Assembly (NCBI GenBank): GCA_964019335.1 | Contig: OZ025758.1 | Location: 1 to 64,000 of the forward strand | DNA length: 64,000 nt | Direction: 5' to 3' | Source of the DNA: Diplonema japonicum | Lineage: Eukaryota > Protista > Euglenozoa: Diplonemea | In this document: in pieces, positions 44,751-53,331 of the stretch | How the letters are laid out: every line of letters begins with the position of its first letter | Position numbering within the stretch: position 1 is the stretch's first letter | The notes under the pieces: generated by a model | What the model was told of the DNA's origin: nothing | The model's database searches: none | Seen by the model: the letters and a program-made list of their open reading frames with translations, nothing else | Program-made: the position numbers and the translations under genes

Positions 44751-47700
44751 TCACTCATCCCAACTATAGTCCTCGTTCACGATTTTCAGACTGCCGTTCT
44801 TCACCGACCCGTCTGGAATAGCCCAGCAAGGGGTGCGGTGGTACACAGGCTGCGGTATTTTGACGTGACCAGCATGGCCCGGCCACATAACAGGAGCCCC
44901 CTGCTCGAAAAGGCTCCCCAGCAAAGTATCAAGAGACCGCACCTCATTCTTCACCCTACACAGGGTGGGAACCATAGGAACACGGGCACCGTACGGCTGC
45001 AGAACAGGATGCGGAGAAACCTCCAGAACATGGGTGAGCCCCTCCACATCTACCATTTCGGCCAAAGCCTCCCTATATGAAACCGGATTTACCATCTGGT
45101 CGTGCCAATAAGCAACGGATTGAAGTGGATTCTTCACACATCCGATGGACGCTGTGCTATATAAATTCGCGGATACTGCCGTTCCGGGTGTGAAACAAGT
45201 TGCCCCCAACTCTCTCTTCATGGTGGCGGCGCTGTTGTGCATCACGTGCGGGTTGTGGAAAGCATATTGAACAGGCAGGCGTTTTATCTTGACAGTGTCC
45301 TGTCCAAGGTATCTGTCCTCTATCTTTCTGATGGTCTCGCTCAGTTCTACGTTGGGCCCCGACAGAACAAGGTCCGTGTCGGAGTTCCAAGACGCCACAA
45401 CAACCTTCGGCTCCAACAGGCTTTCCACAACCGATTCTTGCCCGTCTTCGATTTTATTCGTGAAGGACAATGCAGCCATGCCGTTCTCCGCGCCTGTTGC
45501 TGTGTGCATCGCCGTGGACCTGTGATGGACCAAGACAACCGCAGATTCAAGATCTAACGAACCAGCAACTACCGCTGCAGCAATTTCTCCCAAAGAATGT
45601 CCTAAAACAGACACAGGGGTTACACCGTGTTGGGACAGAACCTCGACTAGGCCTAGTTGTAATGCGAAGATTGCGGGTTGTGCGTTTACCGTGGCTTGAA
45701 GGGTGTCCTCTGAGAGGGTGTGCGGTGCCTCGAACAGAGTTCTGAGGTTGAACCCGTTGCCTTTGCTGTGCTTCTCGTACAGGTGTGCCACCTCGTTGAC
45801 GACCTTCCTGAAGGGTGCGAAGGTTGTGTACAACCCGGACCCCATGCCGATCCACTGCGGGCCTTGCCCGGAGAACACAAACCCTATCCGGACTGGTTGT
45901 GTCGCACGGCAGGACTCGACATCTTTGTTGACCAACGCTGATGCGATATCTTCCTTGTCGTAGCCCGTCACGCACACCCTCGGCCATTGAAGGTTCGACG
46001 ATGGGATCGTTCTCCTCGCGACGGATCGGCAGTACGAAGCCAGTTCATTGTCCGGCAGCACGCGGATCTGTTTCGAAACAGATGATTTCAATGCGTTAAG
46101 CGCCGCTTCTGTAGGCGCTGTTAAGGGCAGCATACAGTGCGATGTGACGGGTACTTGTTGAGGTTTCTTTTGAGGCTCCGGTGCCGTTCCGAGAACGGCG
46201 TGTGCGTTGGTCCCACCAAAGCCGAAGGATGAGCACCCCGCGTATCTTCTCCCTTCCACGGGTTCTCCAGGCCATTTTCCATACGTTTTTTGCAAGCTTC
46301 TGTCCACAAAACCGCAATGAGGGTTTGGTACTGTGTAGTTCACCGATGGTGTCAAGCTGCCGTGGTGCATGGAGAGCGCGACTTTAACCAAACCGAACAC
46401 GCCGGCAGCTGCCTCGAGATGCCCGATGTTTGGTTTCACACCGCCTAGTCGGCATCGTTTGGAGAGATGTTCTGTCCCGAAAACGGACTCCAACGCTGCC
46501 AGCTCGATCGGGTCGCCGAGGAACGTCCCTGTCCCGTGTGCCTCGATGAAACTGATTTGGGAGGGTTGAACACCAGCATCTTGCAGGGCCTTTGTGATGC
46601 AGTCTTCCTGTGCTTTTCCGTTCGGGGCCGTCAGGCCGTTGGACTTGCCGTCTTGGATGACCGCCGTGCCTTTTATCGTTGCGTAGATTTTATCGTTAGA
46701 AGCGACTGCTGCGGAGAGGGGTTTGAGGATGATGGTGGCGGCGCCTTCCCCGCGGGCGTAGCCGTTCGCTGTTGAGTCGAATGTTTTACAGTGTCCGTCT
46801 GGGGAGAGGAAGCCTCCCTTTGCAAAGGCCTCCGAAACATCGGGGGTTAGAATGAGGTTCGCCCCGCCGACGATCGCGTGGTCGCACGCACCTTCACGGA
46901 TCGCTCTGCACGCGTCGTGCACTGCAACCAGCGAGCTTGAACATGCTGTGTCGATAGCCGACGCTGTGCCTCGCAGACCAAGCTTTTCCAAGATCCTCAT
47001 AGGACATGCTGACTTCTCATTTGGAGACAGCATGCCCGTTGCCTTCGCTGCGTCTGCTACTAGGTCGTGCTCACGTAGCATTCTGCTGTACTCTGTGCTC
47101 GATAGACCCATGAAGCAGCCTGTTGTCCCCATTTCTTCTTTGTTTAAACAGGAGTCTTTCAAAGCGCTCTCTGTGGCCTCTAGTAGAAGTCTGTGCTGCG
47201 GGTCGGTGTGTGCCGCCTCGTCTTCTCCCATCGCGAAGTACTCGAAGTCGAAGCTTTCGATCGCGTCTTTTGTGAAGAACGACCCCAGACGGACACCACC
47301 GCTTCCCTCAGGCCATCTTCCTGCAGGGATTTCCTTTCCTGTCAATGTTCCACCGGACTTGAGAAGATCCCACAGCGCAGTTGGGGTTGACGCCGCAGGT
47401 GTTATACAGCCGATCCCAACAATCGCGATTTCCTCGTCGAGAAGGGTTTGTTCCGGTGGGATTTCAATGGAAGCAGCGGAGGCTGAATGTGGAACGAACG
47501 GTTGTTTCAATGCTGCCGAGCGGGCCTTCGGGGTGTTCATCGGCGACGCGTGAGGCGTGAAGAAAACAGTGTCCTCCTGCAACACGTCCAAGCAGCGAAG
47601 GGTCTTCTCCATGGTGTCCGGTTTCTTGTTCTTCTTCTCCCACTCTTTGAGGATTTCTAGGTTCCCTGATAGGTATTCCTTCTTCGTGGCGGCCCGTTGA

Positions 47701-50700
47701 ATCTTCCCGGAGCTTGTTTTGGAAATGGTTCTCGGCGGGATAAGAACCAGTACCGCAGGTGTGTACCCGTGGTTTGTCTCAAGGGTCTTGTGTACCGTCG
47801 TGCAAAGTTCGTTGAAGTCGACGCCTTTGGACCTCTCGGTGTCCAGTTCGATAACAACAGCGAATGAATCGAGATGCTCGAATGCGGCGCAGCACCCTTT
47901 TCTGACGGCTTTGTGGGCGACCTCGCACGAGCCTTCGAGGTCCTGCGGGTAGATGTTCGATCCATTCATGTTGATGACGTCCTTGATCCTCCCTGTGATG
48001 AAACATTCCCCGTTTGGCAAGATGAACCCCAGATCCCCTGTTCGCAGCCATTCCCCTTCCACGTTGCTGAACGTGAGTTTAAAAGCTGTCTCGGTCGCCG
48101 CTTCGTTGTCCCAGTACCCTTTCGCCACGGTGGGGCCCTTTACGATGACCTCACCAACCTTCATATCCTCTGGTTTAATCTGGTTCCCTTCCGCATCAAC
48201 AGCCGACAGTGTGTTGCCCAGCCATTGTATGCCTTGCGACACCACGGAGCGGTACTCACCCGAAACGATTTGTGCGTCAGTTGCTTCCTTCACCTTTCCT
48301 GCTGAGAGGGCGTTAACGTCTAGAAGGATCGCTGTGGGCTCCATGTGGACAAGCTTGTTCGCGATGATAAGGGTCGCCTCTGCCAACCCGTACCCAGGGT
48401 AGAAGGTCTTGCTGGGGAACGACGGGAACGCCTTGCAGAAGTTCCTCGCCGTCGTCATCTTCACGGGCTCCGCACCGCAGAACGCTATTCTCCACCTCGA
48501 CAGGTCGTACCCCCTCCCTTCGCTCTTCGTGCACTTCTTTGAAGCTAGATCATAAGCAAAGTTCGGCCCCCCTGAGATGGTCCCTTTGAACTTGGACATT
48601 GCCGCCACCCACCTCGTCGGCTTCTGAAGGAACATCTCCGGTGACATCAGGTACAATGGATATCCCACATACGCAGGGCTCAGGATACCCATGATGAGCC
48701 CAAGGTCGTGGAACTCAGGGCACCACGACACACCCACGTCGTTCTCGTGCATCTCACCTGCCGCACGAGAGATTTCCAAATTGTACAGGATGTTGTAGTG
48801 AGTCACCATGACACCCTTCGGTGCAGAGGTGGACCCAGAGGTGTACTGCAGGAAGGCAACGTCATCCTTCTCAACACCAGGAGGCTTCCACTCGTCCGCA
48901 AGGGACAGTGACAGCTCGTCCGTTGCAATGAGAGGGATCGACGCCAGTTGAGGGATCTGGTCGGCCAGCACCTGAGCCATCTCCTTGATCTCCTTTGTGG
49001 TTGCGATGGCGGAGGGTTTGCAGTCCTCGATGATCCCAAGGAGCCTTGGAAGCAGCCTGCTGAGCCTGGCAGGGTGAGGGGGATAGCTTGGAACACTGAT
49101 GGCACCAAGGTAAAGACAACCGAAAAACGCGCTCACAAAGTCAAGCGTCTGAGGGTAGAGAAGGAGCACACGGTCGCCCTTCGAACAGTGACGAGAGAGC
49201 CCTGCTGCGACTGCACGGGAGTGCTTGTCGAGGTCGCTGTATGTGAACTTAACACCTTCCCGTTCGCCATCCTCTAGATGGGTGTAAGCAAGCTTTGTGG
49301 GGCTGATGCGTGCACGCAGCTGGGCAATCTCGTACAGAGAAGAGTATGTCTCAAGCGGCCGCTTCCCTTCGAACTGCCTCAGGTGTTCTGGGGAGTAGGA
49401 GATGGACATTGTCTCCTCCTTCATGGCAGCGACGTCGGCAGGTGTAGGCCGCCATGTGAACTTCCTGGCCTCAGCCACGTTAGTGGTGAGCAGTGTGGTG
49501 GACACGGAACCGGGACAGTGGTCATGCACCATGTGCTGCTCCAGTTCGTTTGACTCGAGAGCGGCCTTGGTTGCGCGACGTTGGATCTTCCCGGAAGTTG
49601 TTTTGCAGATGTTTCCTCTAGTGAGGAGCACCACGCGGTGCACGGCAAGACCGTGCTTCTCCTGGACTGCCTCGATCACTTTGACGCACTTGCTTTCCAG
49701 ATCCTCCGACTCCGCCTTTGGATCGATCTCCTGCACAATGTTGAGCCTCTGCCCGTCACCGTCCGGATCGGGTGTCATAAAAGCTGCCACGCTGCCGAGC
49801 TTGAAGCATGAGTCCGTCGCCTCGCACGTCCATTCCAAGTCATGTGGGTAGTAGTTTGTTCCGTTGATGATGAGGACGTCTTTGCTTCTCCCTGTGATGA
49901 AGCATTCCCCGTCGGAGGTTAGGAACCCAAGGTCGCCTGTGCGCAGCCAGTGGCCGTCCTCTCCTTCAACTGTAGCACGGAAGGCTTCCTCTGTGGCGGT
50001 TTCGTTGCCCCAGTATCCCTGCGCCACGGTGGGGCCCTTCACCCACACCTCACCGACGGACAACGGAGCGCACTTCACACTGTCCTTCACAACTATGAGC
50101 TTGTTGTCCAACCATTGCCAGCCTTGGGACACCACAGACCTGTAGTTCGATGTTTCGACGTCCACCCGTGTGGCAGGCACTGCCACGCCGTCGTCTTGTA
50201 GCTCCTTTGTCTTGCAGATGAAGTGGGAGGGTTCTGTTTGGACCAACGAGTTCGCGATGATAAGGGTCGCCTCTGCCAACCCGTACCCAGGGTAGAAGGT
50301 CTTGCTGGGGAACGACGGGAACGCCTTGCAGAAGTTCCTCGCCGTCGAGATTTTCACGGGCTCTGCACCGCAGAACGCGATCTTCCACCTCGACAGGTCG
50401 TACCCTTCCCCTTCGCTCTTCGTGCACTTCCTCGCAGCCAGATCATAAGCAAAGTTCGGCCCCCCTGAGATGGTCCCTTTGAACTTGGACATTGCCGCCA
50501 CCCACCTCGTCGGCTTCTGAAGGAACATCTCTGGTGACATCAGGTACAATGGATATCCCACATACGCAGGGCTCAGGATACCCATGATGAGCCCAAGGTC
50601 GTGGAACTCAGGGCACCACGACACACCCACGTCGTTCTCGTGCATCTCACCCACCACACGAGAGATTTCCAAATTGTACAGGATGTTGTAGTGAGTCACC

Positions 50701-52364
50701 ATGACACCCTTCGGTGCAGAGGTGGACCCAGAGGTGTACTGCAGGAAGGCAACGTCATCCTTCTCAACACCAGGAGGCTTCCACTCGTCCGCAAGGGACA
50801 GTGACAGCTCGTCCGTTGCAATGAGAGGGATCGACGCCAGTTGAGGGATCTGGTCGGCCAGCACCTGAGCCATCTCCTTGATCTCCTTTGTGGTTGCGAT
50901 GGCGGAGGGTTTGCAGTCCTCGATGATCCCAAGAAGCCTTGGAAGCAGCCTGCTGAGCCTGGCAGGGTGAGGGGGATAGCTTGGAACACTGATGGCACCA
51001 AGGTAAAGACAACCGAAAAACGCGCTCACAAAGTCAAGCGTCTGAGGGTAGAGAAGGAGCACACGGTCGCCCTTCGAACAGTGACGAGAGAGCCCTGCGG
51101 CAACTGCACGGGAGTGCTTGTCGAGGTCGCTGTATGTGAACTTAACACCTTCCCGTTCGCCATCCTCTAGATGGGTGTAAGCAAGCTTTGTGGGGCTGAT
51201 GCGTGCACGCAGCTGGGCAATCTCGTACAGAGAAGAGTATGTCTCAAGCGGCCGCTTCCCTTCGAACTGCCTCAGGTGTTCTGCACCGTAGCCCAGCGAC
51301 TGTGCACGGTCGGCCCTCTCTTTGATGAACTCTTTCGTTGGCCTCTGAGCGTATGCGAGCACGTCGTCAACAGACATTGTTGCAGGGGTGAAGGTTTGGT
51401 CCTCTGAAGAGGTTGCCACCGCAGTGGTTTTGCGAATGGACTCGATGGACGGAGCGCCCAGCTCGTTTACAAGTGCGAGGTAGAAGCCCATGGCGGCCTC
51501 AGGGGTGGTTTTTTCCAGCGCGGACCAAGCAGCCCATTTTCGTTGGCCCACAACGTCGAACATTCCAGGCTTCGGGTCGGTGCAAGGACCCTTCGTGACC
51601 TGTTTGAAAAGCCCGTACAGCTTGAGCTGCTTGTCTTGAGGGGGTTTACTGGGTAGATGTTTCACCCGTTCAACAGCATCGTCAAAGGCTTGTCTGTTGA
51701 CCTCCACAGGGCCTGTAGACTCCTCTGCGGAGAGCGTCTTGACAAGTGCAACATACTTTGACATGGCCGCCACCTCTGACAGGGAGGAGTGTTCCTTCCA
51801 AGACTGCCACTTTCGCTGCCCAACAGGGTCGAAGATGGAAGGCCGGGACTGGGAACAAGCTCCTTTTGTGGCTTGGTTGAACAGCCCGTATAGTTCCATC
51901 TGATGGGTGTCGGACGGGGGTGTGGAAAACGATTTTGCCCGTTTTGCTGCTTGCAAAAATTTTTCCTTGCTGCTTTGTGTATGGTCTGGGGGCGGGGTCA
52001 GGGTGTTGACTAGTTTTACGTATTTTATTTTGGCTTCTTCGGCAGCCATGCCATTGAGGGCCGACCAAGCCTGCCATTTTGCTGCGCCTATGTAATCCAG
52101 TAGTGTGTTTGGTTTCTTCCCGGTGCAGTCCCCCTCGGTGCCCTGCTTGTACAAGCTATATAGGTCGAGTTTTATGTTGTTGCTGAGGCCGGTGACCTCC
52201 TTCACACGACGGGAGGCCGCCTCGAAATCGTGTAAATGATCTGCTTCCTCTTGTGTTGCTTGTCCACCGTCTTCACTGTGGATTTCATATTCCGAACTTT
52301 TCTTGAATCCCGGGGGCGTCGTAGGTCGCCCGCCAAAACTGAATGACCTGAGAAGGCCCAACAT
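44751..52364 (-). CDS. Type I PKS-like protein: 3x acyl-CoA-binding (ACBP) domains, 2x fatty acyl-AMP ligase (FAAL) domains, KS, AT; no ACP or reductive domains seen
   Basis: LYSLYKQGTEG/LYGLFNQATKG/LYGLFKQVTKG + KWxAW (ACBP); AFLQYTSGSTSAPKG, YGLAEATL, WLRTGDLG, KTxSGKIQR twice; DTACSSS, EAHGTGT, NIGHLEAAAG (KS); FSGQGPQW, GHSLG, YAFH (AT). Start taken at ATG 52364. Confidence 0.9.
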   Translation of the reverse strand: MLGLLRSFSFGGRPTTPPGFKKSSEYEIHSEDGGQATQEEADHLHDFEAASRRVKEVTGLSNNIKLDLYSLYKQGTEGDCTGKKPNTLLDYIGAAKWQAWSALNGMAAEEAKIKYVKLVNTLTPPPDHTQSSKEKFLQAAKRAKSFSTPPSDTHQMELYGLFNQATKGACSQSRPSIFDPVGQRKWQSWKEHSSLSEVAAMSKYVALVKTLSAEESTGPVEVNRQAFDDAVERVKHLPSKPPQDKQLKLYGLFKQVTKGPCTDPKPGMFDVVGQRKWAAWSALEKTTPEAAMGFYLALVNELGAPSIESIRKTTAVATSSEDQTFTPATMSVDDVLAYAQRPTKEFIKERADRAQSLGYGAEHLRQFEGKRPLETYSSLYEIAQLRARISPTKLAYTHLEDGEREGVKFTYSDLDKHSRAVAAGLSRHCSKGDRVLLLYPQTLDFVSAFFGCLYLGAISVPSYPPHPARLSRLLPRLLGIIEDCKPSAIATTKEIKEMAQVLADQIPQLASIPLIATDELSLSLADEWKPPGVEKDDVAFLQYTSGSTSAPKGVMVTHYNILYNLEISRVVGEMHENDVGVSWCPEFHDLGLIMGILSPAYVGYPLYLMSPEMFLQKPTRWVAAMSKFKGTISGGPNFAYDLAARKCTKSEGEGYDLSRWKIAFCGAEPVKISTARNFCKAFPSFPSKTFYPGYGLAEATLIIANSLVQTEPSHFICKTKELQDDGVAVPATRVDVETSNYRSVVSQGWQWLDNKLIVVKDSVKCAPLSVGEVWVKGPTVAQGYWGNETATEEAFRATVEGEDGHWLRTGDLGFLTSDGECFITGRSKDVLIINGTNYYPHDLEWTCEATDSCFKLGSVAAFMTPDPDGDGQRLNIVQEIDPKAESEDLESKCVKVIEAVQEKHGLAVHRVVLLTRGNICKTTSGKIQRRATKAALESNELEQHMVHDHCPGSVSTTLLTTNVAEARKFTWRPTPADVAAMKEETMSISYSPEHLRQFEGKRPLETYSSLYEIAQLRARISPTKLAYTHLEDGEREGVKFTYSDLDKHSRAVAAGLSRHCSKGDRVLLLYPQTLDFVSAFFGCLYLGAISVPSYPPHPARLSRLLPRLLGIIEDCKPSAIATTKEIKEMAQVLADQIPQLASIPLIATDELSLSLADEWKPPGVEKDDVAFLQYTSGSTSAPKGVMVTHYNILYNLEISRAAGEMHENDVGVSWCPEFHDLGLIMGILSPAYVGYPLYLMSPEMFLQKPTRWVAAMSKFKGTISGGPNFAYDLASKKCTKSEGRGYDLSRWRIAFCGAEPVKMTTARNFCKAFPSFPSKTFYPGYGLAEATLIIANKLVHMEPTAILLDVNALSAGKVKEATDAQIVSGEYRSVVSQGIQWLGNTLSAVDAEGNQIKPEDMKVGEVIVKGPTVAKGYWDNEAATETAFKLTFSNVEGEWLRTGDLGFILPNGECFITGRIKDVINMNGSNIYPQDLEGSCEVAHKAVRKGCCAAFEHLDSFAVVIELDTERSKGVDFNELCTTVHKTLETNHGYTPAVLVLIPPRTISKTSSGKIQRAATKKEYLSGNLEILKEWEKKNKKPDTMEKTLRCLDVLQEDTVFFTPHASPMNTPKARSAALKQPFVPHSASAASIEIPPEQTLLDEEIAIVGIGCITPAASTPTALWDLLKSGGTLTGKEIPAGRWPEGSGGVRLGSFFTKDAIESFDFEYFAMGEDEAAHTDPQHRLLLEATESALKDSCLNKEEMGTTGCFMGLSSTEYSRMLREHDLVADAAKATGMLSPNEKSACPMRILEKLGLRGTASAIDTACSSSLVAVHDACRAIREGACDHAIVGGANLILTPDVSEAFAKGGFLSPDGHCKTFDSTANGYARGEGAATIILKPLSAAVASNDKIYATIKGTAVIQDGKSNGLTAPNGKAQEDCITKALQDAGVQPSQISFIEAHGTGTFLGDPIELAALESVFGTEHLSKRCRLGGVKPNIGHLEAAAGVFGLVKVALSMHHGSLTPSVNYTVPNPHCGFVDRSLQKTYGKWPGEPVEGRRYAGCSSFGFGGTNAHAVLGTAPEPQKKPQQVPVTSHCMLPLTAPTEAALNALKSSVSKQIRVLPDNELASYCRSVARRTIPSSNLQWPRVCVTGYDKEDIASALVNKDVESCRATQPVRIGFVFSGQGPQWIGMGSGLYTTFAPFRKVVNEVAHLYEKHSKGNGFNLRTLFEAPHTLSEDTLQATVNAQPAIFALQLGLVEVLSQHGVTPVSVLGHSLGEIAAAVVAGSLDLESAVVLVHHRSTAMHTATGAENGMAALSFTNKIEDGQESVVESLLEPKVVVASWNSDTDLVLSGPNVELSETIRKIEDRYLGQDTVKIKRLPVQYAFHNPHVMHNSAATMKRELGATCFTPGTAVSANLYSTASIGCVKNPLQSVAYWHDQMVNPVSYREALAEMVDVEGLTHVLEVSPHPVLQPYGARVPMVPTLCRVKNEVRSLDTLLGSLFEQGAPVMWPGHAGHVKIPQPVYHRTPCWAIPDGSVKNGSLKIVNEDYSWDE
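48357..51283. repeat. Internal ~1.03-kb near-identical duplication (48357-49390 and 50250-51283) covering the N-terminal part of both FAAL domains
   Basis: Sequences align at a 1893-bp offset with only scattered substitutions. Confidence 0.92.
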
Positions 52365-52612
52365 GTGTGTATTGTGTAATAGGGTGGGGGGTGGGGGGGA
52401 CGCTTTTTTTTTTTTTTGGTAGAGTTGAATTTGGAAGGGAAAAAAAAAATCAAAATTAAAAAAAAAAAAAAAAAAAGGAGGACACTGGGGGGTCCCGTTG
52501 TTTTTTGTATGTAAAAACGGGGTTTGAGTGCCGTGTGTGTAAAAAAAAAAACCTGGAGACGTTTTTTTTTTTTTTTTTTTTTTTTTTTTCTTTTTTGTAA
52601 AACCAGGAAAAC

Positions 52613-52695
52613 ACGTTGCCAAACGTTCCCCCTTTTTTTTGTTTAAAGACAGGTTCAAGCAAAAGACTCGTTCTTGCAAACCAAAAAAGAAATGT

Positions 52696-52733
<38 letters not shown>

Positions 52734-52940
52734 CTTTTGCAAGAACGAGTCTTTGACTAGTCTAAACAAAAGGGGAACGTTGGCAACGTTACCCGGCACG
52801 TACAAACAAAAATGACGGCACTAGACTGCCCCTCACCTCGCGGATTGCATCTTCGAGGAGTGCGACACCTCGCACGGTGACACTGCGGTACACTGTGCGA
52901 GGTGTGGCGCTACCGGCCGCCACGTACAAACAACGGCCAG
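52613..52940. mobile_element. Two tail-to-tail copies of a short A-tailed repeat (SINE-like); related truncated copies at ~29500-29560 and ~57870-57910
   Basis: 52613-52680 is an imperfect reverse complement of 52736-52789; shared core gtttagactagtcaaagactcgttcttgcaaa followed by an A-run in each copy. Confidence 0.55.
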
Positions 52941-53331
52941 TTCCTCTTTTTCTTTCTTTCTTTCTTTTCTTTTTTTTTTTTTTTTCCGTGCAGCACGAGC
53001 CGAGAAACCAACAAAAACGAAAACAAGACGAAACCAAATAAAAAAAAGGACTTTTCTTTTTTTTGTTTTTGAAGAAAGATGGCGGGTAAAAAAAAAAAAG
53101 TCTTTTTTTTTGTTTCTTTTTTACTTGTTTTTCTTTTTTTTGCCCGGCTATAGAACCTGCATTTTTTTTTTTTTTTTTTTCCTTTCCTTCTGGGTGTTAA
53201 AAAAAAAAAACTCTTACACGTGAGAGAATAAAAAAATCTCAAATCTCTATAACTTTTTTTTTTTTTTTTTTTTTTTTTATGGCACAAAAATAACTCCTTC
53301 CCCCCTCCCCCTCCCCAAAAAAAAATCTTTT

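Noticed and set aside
52365-52805. N-terminal extension of the PKS ORF (and similar poly-K/F extensions of kinesin and other ORFs)
   Set aside because: Translation of homopolymer spacer from non-ATG starts; real starts placed at the first ATG of complex sequence.
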